Source: Mayamaea pseudoterrestris (taxonomy: Eukaryota). From it: a stretch of 64,000 bases of DNA. The stretch is taken from assembly GCA_027923505.1 (NCBI GenBank), contig BROI01000015.1, positions 682,001 to 746,000 of the forward strand, given 5' to 3'. Position numbers and translations under genes: made by a program. Under the pieces are notes generated by a model. The model did not search any database and was not told the DNA's origin. It was given only the letters and a program-made list of their open reading frames with translations. Below are positions 43,187 to 53,300 of the stretch, piece by piece. How positions within the stretch are numbered: position 1 is the first letter of the stretch; each line of letters begins with the position of its first letter.

Positions 43187-44677
43187 TTATAATAAAATGG
43201 CGCCTTCAATGGCCTTTAAGGTCAGGCGTCCAACCTCGTGGGTACTTTCCCGTAGGTAGTGTTGTACCGACGGCGGAGACCAGCGTAATCGAAAGGCAAT
43301 CTCCTCAATGGAGAGGCCCGCATTTTGCAAGGCAACTGCAGCTGTGACTCGATTTGAATGAGCTACAATGCTGTTGATATTCTGGCGCAGGAAGTGTTTC
43401 GGGTCAGGGTATGCTCCAACAACCACTTGCCGCATGACTTTAATGATATCGCGCGACTGCAAGTACTCGTAAGCGCCAGTGGCATCTTTGCGAAAGACCC
43501 CAAGCGGCTCACGTATTGCTTTCTTGTGTAGTTGTTGGGCGCGGGAGAGGATGGAAAGACTCGCGGCAATAGGGCAAATGAAAGGATGGCCCGACCGACG
43601 ATACCGACGAATAGTGAAGTTGTTTTGGCTCTTATCGTATCGAAAACGTAGGCGCAACTCGTATGCCTGGCTGCCATCTTTCAGGAGTGCGCTATGGCTA
43701 ATGAGCACGTTGTGTTTAGAGTAGAAAGTAAAATCCAAGTCGACAAAGGCAAGTGGTTGGTGCGCCCATTCGCCCGCATCTTGGGTTGGCGGTACCTTGC
43801 TGAAGCAACCGCGTTTCGCTGTAGTCTGTGCGTACTCGTTTGCCCTGGAACCGGTAAAGGCCCCGAGGCAAGTCCAGTCAAAGACTGCTGCCTCCAAATC
43901 AAGCGCATGACGAACGTCTGTGTGGATGAGGCGCTTGAGTTTGGAGTAGAGGAACGCAAACATACTGTGGGTGTATGGCTCGCGCTTTTCCCGCGCCTGT
44001 TGCCATTTGCGGCGACTGGACAAGATATCATCTAAAACGGGATGAAGGCCACTGCCACGAGGGTCATTGATGGAGAAGCGCCGATTGAGTGCAGTTTCAA
44101 GTAGTGCATGCGCCGCTCTGAGGTATCCACTGAGCGTCTTCACCTTGAGGGGCTGTGGTTCATCAGTGCTCTGTCGGCGCAGCGCCCGTTTGTCCACTGC
44201 CAAGGATGTCTCGCCAGAGGAGACAGCATATAGATAGCTGGCTAGGACCGGGATTTCTTGCCCCGGTGCGATTGACGCGAAAAGACTGGTCGTTGAATCC
44301 TGCTTTAAGACTCCATTTTCCAAAATGCGAGGCGCGCTGGTCAAACGTGCGATCGTTGTGGGACCGAATGTCTCCTCGTTGGCGGTGTTGTTGATCACTG
44401 ACGAGATAACTGTAAGCAGCTTGGACTCGACCAGGAAGACCTTGCAATTGGCTAACACCTGCGTTTCCGGCGAGATAACGGATGCCCCCGCGAGAGTCGA
44501 CGCCGTGAAGCGAGACAGTCTGTCGGCCTCCACATTGTCCTTGCCTGAATGTGTGTTTGCCTGGATGCGGAGAGATAATGTACTGTAAGTGGCAATGTGC
44601 ATGAAAGAAATTGTGCCAGGCGGCGGAAGATGAGATCCTTGAGGAAACGCCTTTGGCTGAAACGTTCTAGCATGCAC
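43187..44677 (-). CDS. Tyrosine recombinase (DIRS-type) preceded by an RNase H C-terminal remnant
   Basis: Full catalytic set: R (FTGSRANEY), K (RYDKS), HxxR (AHSNR), W (RLRW), Y (QHYLR), plus CPIAA. The upstream HSGKDNVEADRLSR matches the retroelement RNase H ending. Confidence 0.88.
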   Translation of the reverse strand: MHARTFQPKAFPQGSHLPPPGTISFMHIATYSTLSLRIQANTHSGKDNVEADRLSRFTASTLAGASVISPETQVLANCKVFLVESKLLTVISSVINNTANEETFGPTTIARLTSAPRILENGVLKQDSTTSLFASIAPGQEIPVLASYLYAVSSGETSLAVDKRALRRQSTDEPQPLKVKTLSGYLRAAHALLETALNRRFSINDPRGSGLHPVLDDILSSRRKWQQAREKREPYTHSMFAFLYSKLKRLIHTDVRHALDLEAAVFDWTCLGAFTGSRANEYAQTTAKRGCFSKVPPTQDAGEWAHQPLAFVDLDFTFYSKHNVLISHSALLKDGSQAYELRLRFRYDKSQNNFTIRRYRRSGHPFICPIAASLSILSRAQQLHKKAIREPLGVFRKDATGAYEYLQSRDIIKVMRQVVVGAYPDPKHFLRQNINSIVAHSNRVTAAVALQNAGLSIEEIAFRLRWSPPSVQHYLRESTHEVGRLTLKAIEGAILL

Positions 44678-44928
44678 AGTCGTGCGGCGCTTGCAGGGTT
44701 TGTTTCGATGTCTTGCTCATCCTTCTTTATTTGCTCGATGGTGGTTTCGTAGCGCGCTCGAGAAACAACATGCTCAGGCGCTTGATTGCGGTGCTCCCAT
44801 GCTTGAAGAAAAGATTGATAGCCTTCGTAGGTGAATGAGTCTGATCCGTAACTTTGACTGCTTGGGTATGCATCTGAATCGTAAGTTGCGTCGTCTGAAT
44901 TGGTTTCTTCATCGCCAGGATTGCTCAT
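44452..44928 (-). pseudogene. In-frame continuation of the gag ORF past one TGA, then frameshifted relative to the RNase H/YR frame
   Basis: ATG at 44928 lies 30 nt past the 44959-44961 stop in the same frame; the ORF overlaps the YR ORF in a different frame. Confidence 0.5.
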
Positions 44929-44958
44929 GATGATTTCGACTCGCTCTGTATCCCAGAC

Positions 44959-47508
44959 TCAAAGACCAGTGTATTGGTAGTAGCGGTCTCGCGTTGAGTC
45001 AATTGCTTCTTGATGCGTAAAGGCGTGTGGCATGGCTATGTGCTCAAGAAAGAATTCTTGTAGATCTGCAAACATCACTTTTACGGCGTCTGATAGCTCG
45101 TACAGTGGAGGATTGATGAACAGGACGCTTTGCAAAACGTGGAATGGCGGTAGATCAGTCGAGTTGGCTTGTGACGGAATGTTGTTTGGAATTCTTGGAG
45201 CAAAGGTTGGATACAAGTGCTCGACTTCTTTTAGCTCGTCTGCTGTAAGGAAGTCTTTGGGTAGCCAGTCTCCTCGCCATTGCGCAAAGCTTGTCGCTAC
45301 AAGTTCTTCTACACTTTCTTCTTCTTTCAATTCAATTGGAGGACTTGTTGTTGGAGTTGAATCCTTGTCGGCGCTGCAAGTTGTGACGTTGTCGGTGCGC
45401 TCATGTGTGTCGCATTCGTTGGCGTTTGTGGTTGTTGGCTCAAGATTGGTGGCTTCAGTTGTGTCGCTGCTCGTTGTGACGTTATTGGTGCTTTGCGTAG
45501 CGTCGTAGCCGTGGTAGGAATCGTTAAGATTGTTTGCTTGCTCTTCAATTGATGAGTGCGCTTGTTGCTCTGATTTACTTGGCTCGTCTTGTTCGTGAAA
45601 TGGCAGACCCTTCCCGTCTTCTTGCTTCGTTTGCTCAAGTGTTTCAATGTTTTGAATTAAAGTGCTGAAGTGTTTCCGTTCTTGCTCGGTTGGAGTCTTG
45701 TTGTTGACAAATTCTTCTTCAAAGTCGCTTTCTTCTTCATCACTTGTGCTTGGGTCGCCGCATATGGATGCCCAACTGCGTCCATTGAGATTTGACGATG
45801 GAAGATTTGGCTTTGGCTTTGGTGACTCGCTCGTTGTGGACGACTTTGTTAAAGGCACCAATTCGACGGCTTGCTTCTTGTTGGTGGAGCTTGACGTTGT
45901 TCTTGCGCGTTTTGTTCGAGTTGTTGGTGGTGCTGGAGGCTGCTCGATTGATGAATCGTCTTCCGATGAATAGTCTTTAATCTGATGTGGCTGTAGACCG
46001 CGCCAATTGGTTTGTGGATATAAAGGCGACGGTGTTGGAGCTGCAGGAGTGCGAGTAGGGAGTGCTGGATAAGTTTCATCAACTAAGTCGGCATGTATGA
46101 AGGCAAATTCGCTCCTTGAGTTTGTAGAAGGATAACGGCGGCTTAAAGAGGAACGTTGCGAAGAGGAGCGATGCGATCGCTGAGTCAACTGAAGGGCTTC
46201 GTGTACTGCTGCAAGTCCTTGTTCAAGTAGTAATGGTGCTTGACGAGGCACTTGCTCGCGCATGATGGTTCGCGGGTGAGGCTCTTGACGATGGTTTTGA
46301 TGCTCAAGTTGACGCTGCGGTTGCTCTTGATGATCTCGACGATGATAATCATTGTCTCTTGGTTGGTCTCTTGTGCACTCGTTGTTGCGATTCTGGCGAT
46401 AACGACGGTCTTCTTGTTGATCATCTTGAGGAAGACGACGATCTGGCTGTCGATTTGAATTGCGAGGACGCTCTCTTGGTCGTTCTAAACCCCGCTCTTG
46501 TTGCTCTCGTGCTTCTTCATCTTCCAATTGACGACGAGCTTCAATTGACAGGCGAGTGTTCCATCCGCGAGGCCGACGATGGGCGTTTTCGACTCGTTCA
46601 AAGCAGTCGGCGCTTCGATGATACGGTTGATGGCAAAGGTAGCATTTGAATGATGGTGGATTTCGCGTGTTGTTATAGTTGGTTTGCGGGCGTTCATTGC
46701 GAGTTGGCGGCGCTTGATGCTGACGAGTGTTTTGTTGGCGTGAAGTTTCTTGTTGCGGCGGTTCTGGTTGTGCTGCATATAGAACAATCTCGTTGACTCC
46801 TTGTATTAAAGCTTCTTCATCTTCTGCTGCGTAAATCGTTTGGTAGATAGTCGACACGACGCCTTCCATTTCGGTCTTGGTCAGGGCGCGTTGCTTGGTC
46901 TTTTGCTCTTGCGCTAGAGCGAGGCAGTATTGAGGCGGCAGCTTGTTCATGAGTGTAGCCATCAGGTCTTCTGCAAGAAGCGTTTGGTTGAACTTGATGG
47001 CTTGCGATTGCATGAGATCAATGAGGTCTTGAGGATTTGCTGTTGGTCGTTCGAGCTTGAGATTTTGAATGCTTCGTCGGTAAAGTGTTGGCGCCATGAA
47101 CTTGTCTGGAGAAAATTTGATTTCCAATGCGTTGATAACTTTCCAAGCTTCGCCTCCTGGATACTCTGTTGATTCTGCTCCAACTAGATGGTCGTTCAGC
47201 TCGGGGAATGGCGACAATGCGATGGAAAGCATTTGCATGAGCGTTTCATTCTGCTTGCGTTCCGCTTGTTTGTTTCGAATGATTTGGATTTCATCTGCCG
47301 TTGCGTTAGCTGCAGGATCAGTAATGACTTCATTCTGAGTAGCTGGTAAGTGCTCGGGTCGACTGCCTCTTATAGGACGGCGGCAGCCTGCAATTCTTGC
47401 ATGATTCTTGAACTGGTTGAACCATGATGGAAAGGCTTCGATGGTGTTGGTTATCTTTGGCGTTTTGTAGAGTGCATTCATAGTGATGTCTTCTTGTTGG
47501 TCGGTCAT
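44959..47508 (-). CDS. Gag-like protein with a CCHC zinc knuckle and a long low-complexity tail
   Basis: CYLCHQPYHRSADC knuckle. The N-terminal FPSWFNQFKNHA...YPGGEAWKVINALEIKFSP resembles Copia-type gag. Confidence 0.75.
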   Translation of the reverse strand: MTDQQEDITMNALYKTPKITNTIEAFPSWFNQFKNHARIAGCRRPIRGSRPEHLPATQNEVITDPAANATADEIQIIRNKQAERKQNETLMQMLSIALSPFPELNDHLVGAESTEYPGGEAWKVINALEIKFSPDKFMAPTLYRRSIQNLKLERPTANPQDLIDLMQSQAIKFNQTLLAEDLMATLMNKLPPQYCLALAQEQKTKQRALTKTEMEGVVSTIYQTIYAAEDEEALIQGVNEIVLYAAQPEPPQQETSRQQNTRQHQAPPTRNERPQTNYNNTRNPPSFKCYLCHQPYHRSADCFERVENAHRRPRGWNTRLSIEARRQLEDEEAREQQERGLERPRERPRNSNRQPDRRLPQDDQQEDRRYRQNRNNECTRDQPRDNDYHRRDHQEQPQRQLEHQNHRQEPHPRTIMREQVPRQAPLLLEQGLAAVHEALQLTQRSHRSSSQRSSLSRRYPSTNSRSEFAFIHADLVDETYPALPTRTPAAPTPSPLYPQTNWRGLQPHQIKDYSSEDDSSIEQPPAPPTTRTKRARTTSSSTNKKQAVELVPLTKSSTTSESPKPKPNLPSSNLNGRSWASICGDPSTSDEEESDFEEEFVNNKTPTEQERKHFSTLIQNIETLEQTKQEDGKGLPFHEQDEPSKSEQQAHSSIEEQANNLNDSYHGYDATQSTNNVTTSSDTTEATNLEPTTTNANECDTHERTDNVTTCSADKDSTPTTSPPIELKEEESVEELVATSFAQWRGDWLPKDFLTADELKEVEHLYPTFAPRIPNNIPSQANSTDLPPFHVLQSVLFINPPLYELSDAVKVMFADLQEFFLEHIAMPHAFTHQEAIDSTRDRYYQYTGL

Positions 47509-47516
47509 GGTTGCGA

Positions 47517-49520
47517 TTAGAATGAGTAGTAAAAGTTTTGGCTATTGGTCGGACGTTGATAGCTAACGTTGTTGTCGGCAAATGGAGATTGACGGTTTGG
47601 GGTAGCTAAACGTTGCTGACGTGGCCAATTGAGTTGCTGATGTGACGGAGTTTGAAAACGTGAACGAGCGTGGAACTGCTGAGCGTGTTGATCGCGACGA
47701 TGGACACGTTGTTGATTTGTCACTTGTCGATTTCGTTGAGCTTGTAAGTGCAGCTGTCGTTGTTGTTGATTAAGAAGATGATTTAAACGAGTTACTTGAG
47801 CTTGAAGACTGTTTATATCGCGTGTATGATGAGTTGTAGTGTTGCGCGTGTCGTTGATGCGAGGCTGGACTCGAAGGGTTGGATTGGAGGTTCGGTTTTG
47901 CTGTCGGGTTGGCGTAACGATTCGATTCGCTTGTTGCTGTCTTAAACGTTGCTGGTAAGGACGATTGCTGTTCGTTTCGTTGCGTCGTTGATTGCGTCTT
48001 TGACTAACAGTGATTCGATTGCGTTGAAGATTGATCGAAGCTTGTTGCGTTGTTGATGCGCGCTCTTGACTTGCTTGTCGCTGTCTGTTTCGTTGTTGAA
48101 GAAGTGCTTGACGACGGTCTGCGACGCTTTGAACTGCTGCGATGCGAGATGCTTCTTGGTAAGTGCTTGAAACGTTCTGTGAGCGAAGAGTTTGTTGCGA
48201 TGGTCTCGTGTCTTGGCGATGCGCTTGTCTAACTGGCGCTCGATTTGCTTCTTGTTGGCGAATTGAATTGATTGATCGGCAAGTATGCGTCGTGCTTGTT
48301 GGCAATGTCTCTAATTGCTCGTTGACTGGCGATGAGTTGCTGCTTGGCGAAGGTACGTGTGTTTGCGTATTGGCGATGCACACAGAACAAGCGCACGTCG
48401 TCTCTGTGTTTATATCTGGTACTTCAGAAAGTCTTTGTAAGTCTTGACGTCTGTTTTCTTCGTCCTTTTGAAGCAGGAAACGGGTCTTCTTGAGGAAGTA
48501 AAGAGTTACTGGATGCGATAGGCCTTTTGCTTCGAATTCGTCTCGTTCGTTGCGCAAAGTGTCTTCTAGTAGAAGAATCTCCTTCTCTTCGGGCGTGAAA
48601 GGATTGTTCGGTCGGCAAAGATCAAGGCTCTTGTAAAAGTCTGCTCGCTTTTTGTCAAGGAAGATTAATGACTTTGGAGAAAAGATGAAGGCTTTGAGAA
48701 AGGGTACGTTACTGTCGATGTAACTTGTTTCGGCGTCTGATTGTGCGGTTGACTTGGCAACTTTTGCTAATCCTTCTTCTTTAAATTCTTCCGCAATGTG
48801 ACTGTAAAACACTTCGTTGTTGGCTAGGTCTTTAAACTGATTGAAGCGCTTCTCACAAGCTTGTTCTGGGTCGATTGGCTTTGATGAAGGCGGCGGTAGA
48901 ATACCTCGAAAGATCCAGGCGAAACGCTTGTCTTCTTCGTCCCAAGTCCAAGGGGTTGGAGGAGAGACGCGCGGGTCGTAACGATACCAGCCGTATCGAA
49001 CGTTCGGGTGGTTGTAGACTGCTTTCTCTTCGTCAGTGGCGGGTCGTCCAGTTAGATGCCAGTCTTCGGGGTTGTTTGGTGAAAGACGACGAAGGCTGTC
49101 GCGCGGGTTGGACTCGATTGGAAGGCGCTCTCGTTCTTGATTGCTTGCAATTTGGTCGGCGGCGGTAAGTCGGATTACTGGGCGGCCTTCTGGAGCGACC
49201 GATTGGAGACTTGAAGGGTTGAACTCGTGTAAAGTAATGTTGATGAAGAGGATGACGACTTGTAGAAGGCGTCGTGAAGAATTAAAGACTTGGCGGCTTG
49301 TGTTGAAGCGGCGAAGGAAACTGTAAAGAAGGCGCGTGACTGGTGGAGTGAGAGGCGACTTGGAAAGAGTGCTCGGCAGACTAGGTAAAGTAGTTCTGCT
49401 CAACTGATGGAGACTTGAAATCTGCTCGACGACGTTGGCCTTGATCAAACGCTTGATCCGACTCGAGGTAAACTGAAAGATAAAGGCAAAAGGGTCGCTT
49501 GTAGGCTTGCTCTTGCTCAC
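47517..49520 (-). CDS. ORF1 of the YR element; Q/R/N-rich C-terminal half; function unknown
   Basis: 667 open codons (GTG start in the ORF track) ending 8 nt before the gag ATG; same strand as gag. Confidence 0.55.
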   Translation of the reverse strand: MSKSKPTSDPFAFIFQFTSSRIKRLIKANVVEQISSLHQLSRTTLPSLPSTLSKSPLTPPVTRLLYSFLRRFNTSRQVFNSSRRLLQVVILFINITLHEFNPSSLQSVAPEGRPVIRLTAADQIASNQERERLPIESNPRDSLRRLSPNNPEDWHLTGRPATDEEKAVYNHPNVRYGWYRYDPRVSPPTPWTWDEEDKRFAWIFRGILPPPSSKPIDPEQACEKRFNQFKDLANNEVFYSHIAEEFKEEGLAKVAKSTAQSDAETSYIDSNVPFLKAFIFSPKSLIFLDKKRADFYKSLDLCRPNNPFTPEEKEILLLEDTLRNERDEFEAKGLSHPVTLYFLKKTRFLLQKDEENRRQDLQRLSEVPDINTETTCACSVCIANTQTHVPSPSSNSSPVNEQLETLPTSTTHTCRSINSIRQQEANRAPVRQAHRQDTRPSQQTLRSQNVSSTYQEASRIAAVQSVADRRQALLQQRNRQRQASQERASTTQQASINLQRNRITVSQRRNQRRNETNSNRPYQQRLRQQQANRIVTPTRQQNRTSNPTLRVQPRINDTRNTTTHHTRDINSLQAQVTRLNHLLNQQQRQLHLQAQRNRQVTNQQRVHRRDQHAQQFHARSRFQTPSHQQLNWPRQQRLATPNRQSPFADNNVSYQRPTNSQNFYYSF

Positions 49521-50201
49521 TCAATACTCCGCTTGTTGCTGCAGAGCTTTGGAAATTCGAGGTTGACAGAAAGGGCTTGAAGAAATCCGCGTCCGGTTTT
49601 GTTCAATGCTTTGGAAACTTGGTAAAAAGATCTTGGTTCAATCGGCAAGTAATTACTTTGCTTGAGATCCAAGATGAAGGTCCGTACGGAAGTAGGGAGA
49701 AAAGACGGTTTAAACGCTAAAAGACTGGGGAAACTTTGAATCTATTGTTAGTAGATCCTCTAGAATGAGACGAAAGTGAAGCGGTCGATTTCGCATCCAA
49801 GAGTGGCTTCTCATTCATACGTATGTATATTGTCTACCGGTCGTGTCATTTTGTACTGGCCATCCCGTAGGCGGGATGGCTCTCGTCCGTCTACAGAATT
49901 GGCAGTATAGTCTTCACTGCTGGTAGTGTTTGCACGGCTTCGCTCTGTAGAGGCCCAACATTCGCTGTGTACGCCGGTTCCAGTATTCGATGTACCTGCG
50001 GTAGTCTTTCTACGGTTGTCAGTCGTGAATTCTTCGGGTACGGTGAAGTGTGTAGGGTTTGGGCCAGTGGCTGACTTTCTACTCTCGCCGTCGTAGGAGT
50101 GTGGTCGTGAACGGGATGTTCCGTGTCTTGGTGCCGCTGAGACCGTGTCGATGTCCTTTTCAATGTTGCTTTGTTCGTCGGCCAAAACGGGGATCCCAGC
50201 A

Positions 50202-50390
50202 GTTTGCACTTAACCACGTAAGCTTGCAGACTGACGCAAGCTCTTCTTGCAATTCAAGTTGAATCGCACCTTGTTGCTTTCTTTGGACCGTTTTGGCTTC
50301 TTGCGGGTTACCTCAGTCCACTCATCGTTAGCTAACTCATCCTCATCCTTAAGTCGGTCCGAGCACCGTGAAGACTCGCTATTCACAACA
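50202..50390 (-). repeat. Truncated 3' LTR (189 bp)
   Basis: Matches 55624-55812 except 2 adjacent substitutions seen (TTTGGACC vs TTTTAACC); similarity ends abruptly at 50202. Confidence 0.9.
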
Positions 50391-53300
50391 CCCTCCTTGC
50401 TCGTATCGACGACCTTTCTGAAACCATTATAGATGAACGCAGCATGCCTCGTATGCGTCTCCTCCTTGCAATTCTTTGACGTTATATCAGCAGGATTCTC
50501 TTCCGACTTGATGTACTCAAACTTGATCCGTTTCTCCGCCGTCAACTCCGTCAGGAACCGATGCCTAATGTCAATGTGCTTCGTCCTTTGTCCCACTTGA
50601 TTATTATCTGCCAAGAATATCGCACCAGTGTTATCCGCATGGATGATAGCTGGACTTGGAGGATCCTTGCCGATGATTTCCTTTAGCAAGTTCGACTCGA
50701 AGATGATTTCTTTTGCTTCTTCCGCTTGACCAACGTACTCGGCTTCAGTACTTGAAAGGGCAACGCTTCCTTGCTTCTTCGACTGCCAACTAACCAAACA
50801 ATTACCGCCGACCGTTGTCAAGTTGCTATTGATGCTGCGCCGATCGTTCTTATCGGACGCCCAATCAGTGTCGGTGTATCCTTCCGGGCGCAAGTTCTCT
50901 GGCGTCCTCAACTTCAATGGCTTAGCGTTATGCTTTAGATAGCCCATCAAGCGTGCCAACACCTTCCAATGCTCCTTTCCAGGGTTCGCCAAGTGCGACG
51001 ACAAGTCTCTAACCGCGTTGCTGCAATCTGGATAGACCTTCCTCACAGCGAAGAGCACTTTGCCGATATGCTTTCGATACGCAGCCACGTTGATGATGCT
51101 TCCTTCGTTCTTCATCAAGACGCTCCCTCCTGCTGCTGGAGTTGGATAGAACTTGAGCTCCCTTCTGATATCTTTCTCGAACGCCGCTATCATCTCATCA
51201 GTATACTGCTTCATTGAGCACTCGAAGTACACGCCGTGCTCGTCCGATTTCAACTCGTAGTCCACGCCAAGGAATCGTTCCAACGGACCCAAGTCCTTGA
51301 TCTCAACGTGCTGCTTGATCCAAGCTTTCAACTTGTCTGTCTCGCTTGTGTAGCCCGAGTTGATAACGTCGTCAACGTAAACCGTCACGATCAAGACCAG
51401 TTCGCCGTCGACATGCTTTAGAAAGACGCACGGATCCGCCTTCGACTGCACCAAGTTCATGTGCTTCGCATCCTTGAGCAGCTTGATAAAGTACTGCTGC
51501 CACAGCCTCGACGCGTTCACTTGTCCATACTGGGTCATCGACAGACGAATGCAGTGTGTCGTGCGATTGAATGTCCTTCCTTGCGACTCGCAATAGTCTT
51601 CGTAAAGGACTGGCGCCTCAATGTACAGCTCCGTCTCCGCTGGCGCTTGCAAGAATGCCGCGCACACATCGAACACTTCCGCCACTTTCCACATCTCCGT
51701 TTGCTTTGCATTGACTCGCTTGCCTGCGTCCAACTGCTTCTTCTTGTATAGCGACACACCAAGATGAGTGCGGATTGATTGATCGACTGGCGTCGACGCA
51801 AAACTCTCTTCAAAATCAATTCCTGGCACCATTTCGTATCCAAGCACTGTATTCCTTACGCGCGCTTCAATCTCCTTTGTGATCGGATTCATCTTGTACG
51901 TAAAGACGTTCTTCGTTCCAAGTGTCTTTTGATTAGGAGGCCGAGGGACTTCAGTCCACGCTTTGCCATCAAACTTGCCATATTCAATGAACGTCGGCTG
52001 CTCCCAAGTGGCTCGATTCTGCTCATTGTACGCCTCCCTCCAGTTCTTTGGGACAGGCGGTGGAGATTTGCCTGAAACCACGGCAAAGACTAGATCTGCA
52101 AGGTTAACTGGATCCTCATGGTCACTTGTGATGGATCCTCCCTCCTCGATTGCAATCACGGGCGCGCCAGCCGGGCCCTCCTCGCCGCTAACGTCGCCAA
52201 CTCCGATAGGTGCGCCACCATGTGCAAGTTGTTCTCCAGCTTCAATCTCCTCGGTTAAATCAACAACTGCTCCACGATCAATTACCTCGTTGAGTACGCG
52301 ACCTTGCATCAACTGCTGTCCATGGTCAACTTCGATATCAGCAGCTGAATCCCTCCTCAAGGGAGCACCACGAGAACGAGTCATGATCGGCGAGCGTATC
52401 GGCACATTGCGCGGCGGGCGGGGGCCAGTGCGCGCCGGCGCAGTCGTGCCATCATCCTCCACTTTTCCATCCGGAGGCATTCCACCATGACCAAAGCTCC
52501 CCAACGATTCATCGTCAGATTCTTCAAAGAAACCGTCTTCATTGCCATCATCGTCGTCTCCTGTAGCCTTTTTAACAAAAGGATAGACCCAACGAACATC
52601 TTTTGTGGCAATCACTTTACGTGTGGATCGCTTGTAAACCAAGCACGTTCCTGCAGCGTGGCGTGGAGCGTGTCCCACATAAAAGCATTCCTCCGCCTTG
52701 GGGACAAAATGGCGTTGATTCACCATGGGGATCTTGTAATAACCACGCGCTCCAAAGGGAAGCAGATTCTTTGCTCGCACAGGCACAGTCTCTTTGAAAG
52801 GGGTGTAAGCGTCGGTATATCCAAGGCGCGGAATCAAATTGTCCTTCACCGTCGCCAGCTCGAGGCAATTTCCCCACAGCGCCATCGTTTCAGCGTGGGT
52901 CAACTGATTCTCCTCAGCCATCATGCTTGCGTGTCCCTTGTTGCGGATTGTTGGAAACGCTCTCTCCACATGACCGTTCTGCATTGGCGTGTGAGGCGCC
53001 GTCTGCTCCATCTTGATTCCTCGAACCAAGCACGGCTCGTCAAGCAGCTCCCATTCCGGCGCGTTGTCGCAATGAAGAAAACGACAACGGAAGTCCTTCG
53101 CCTTTAACCAATCAATCAACGCAACAATCTGCTCGGTAAACTTGTTCTTCTGAGCTCCGAAATAGCTCCACTTGCGACGAGTTGCATCATCGACGATCAA
53201 GCACCAGTAACGATTCTTGCCAAGAGACTCTTTATACGGACTGCTCAAGTCTAGAAACAAACGCTCTCCAGGATGCTTTGCCTCTATCTCCGTCTTCTTC

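Larger units (their letters stand above)
42430..49880 (-). mobile_element. Tyrosine-recombinase (DIRS/Ngaro-class) retroelement derivative lacking RT; boundaries approximate
   Basis: Minus-strand order: ORF1, gag with CCHC knuckle, RNase H C-terminal remnant, YR. No YxDD RT motif in any listed ORF. No clear ITR or split direct repeats seen. Confidence 0.75.

Noticed and set aside
43042..50075. Shared CCAGTGGCTGA at ~43043 and ~50064 as split direct repeats of the YR element
   Set aside because: Only 11 bp with no extension; compatible with chance.
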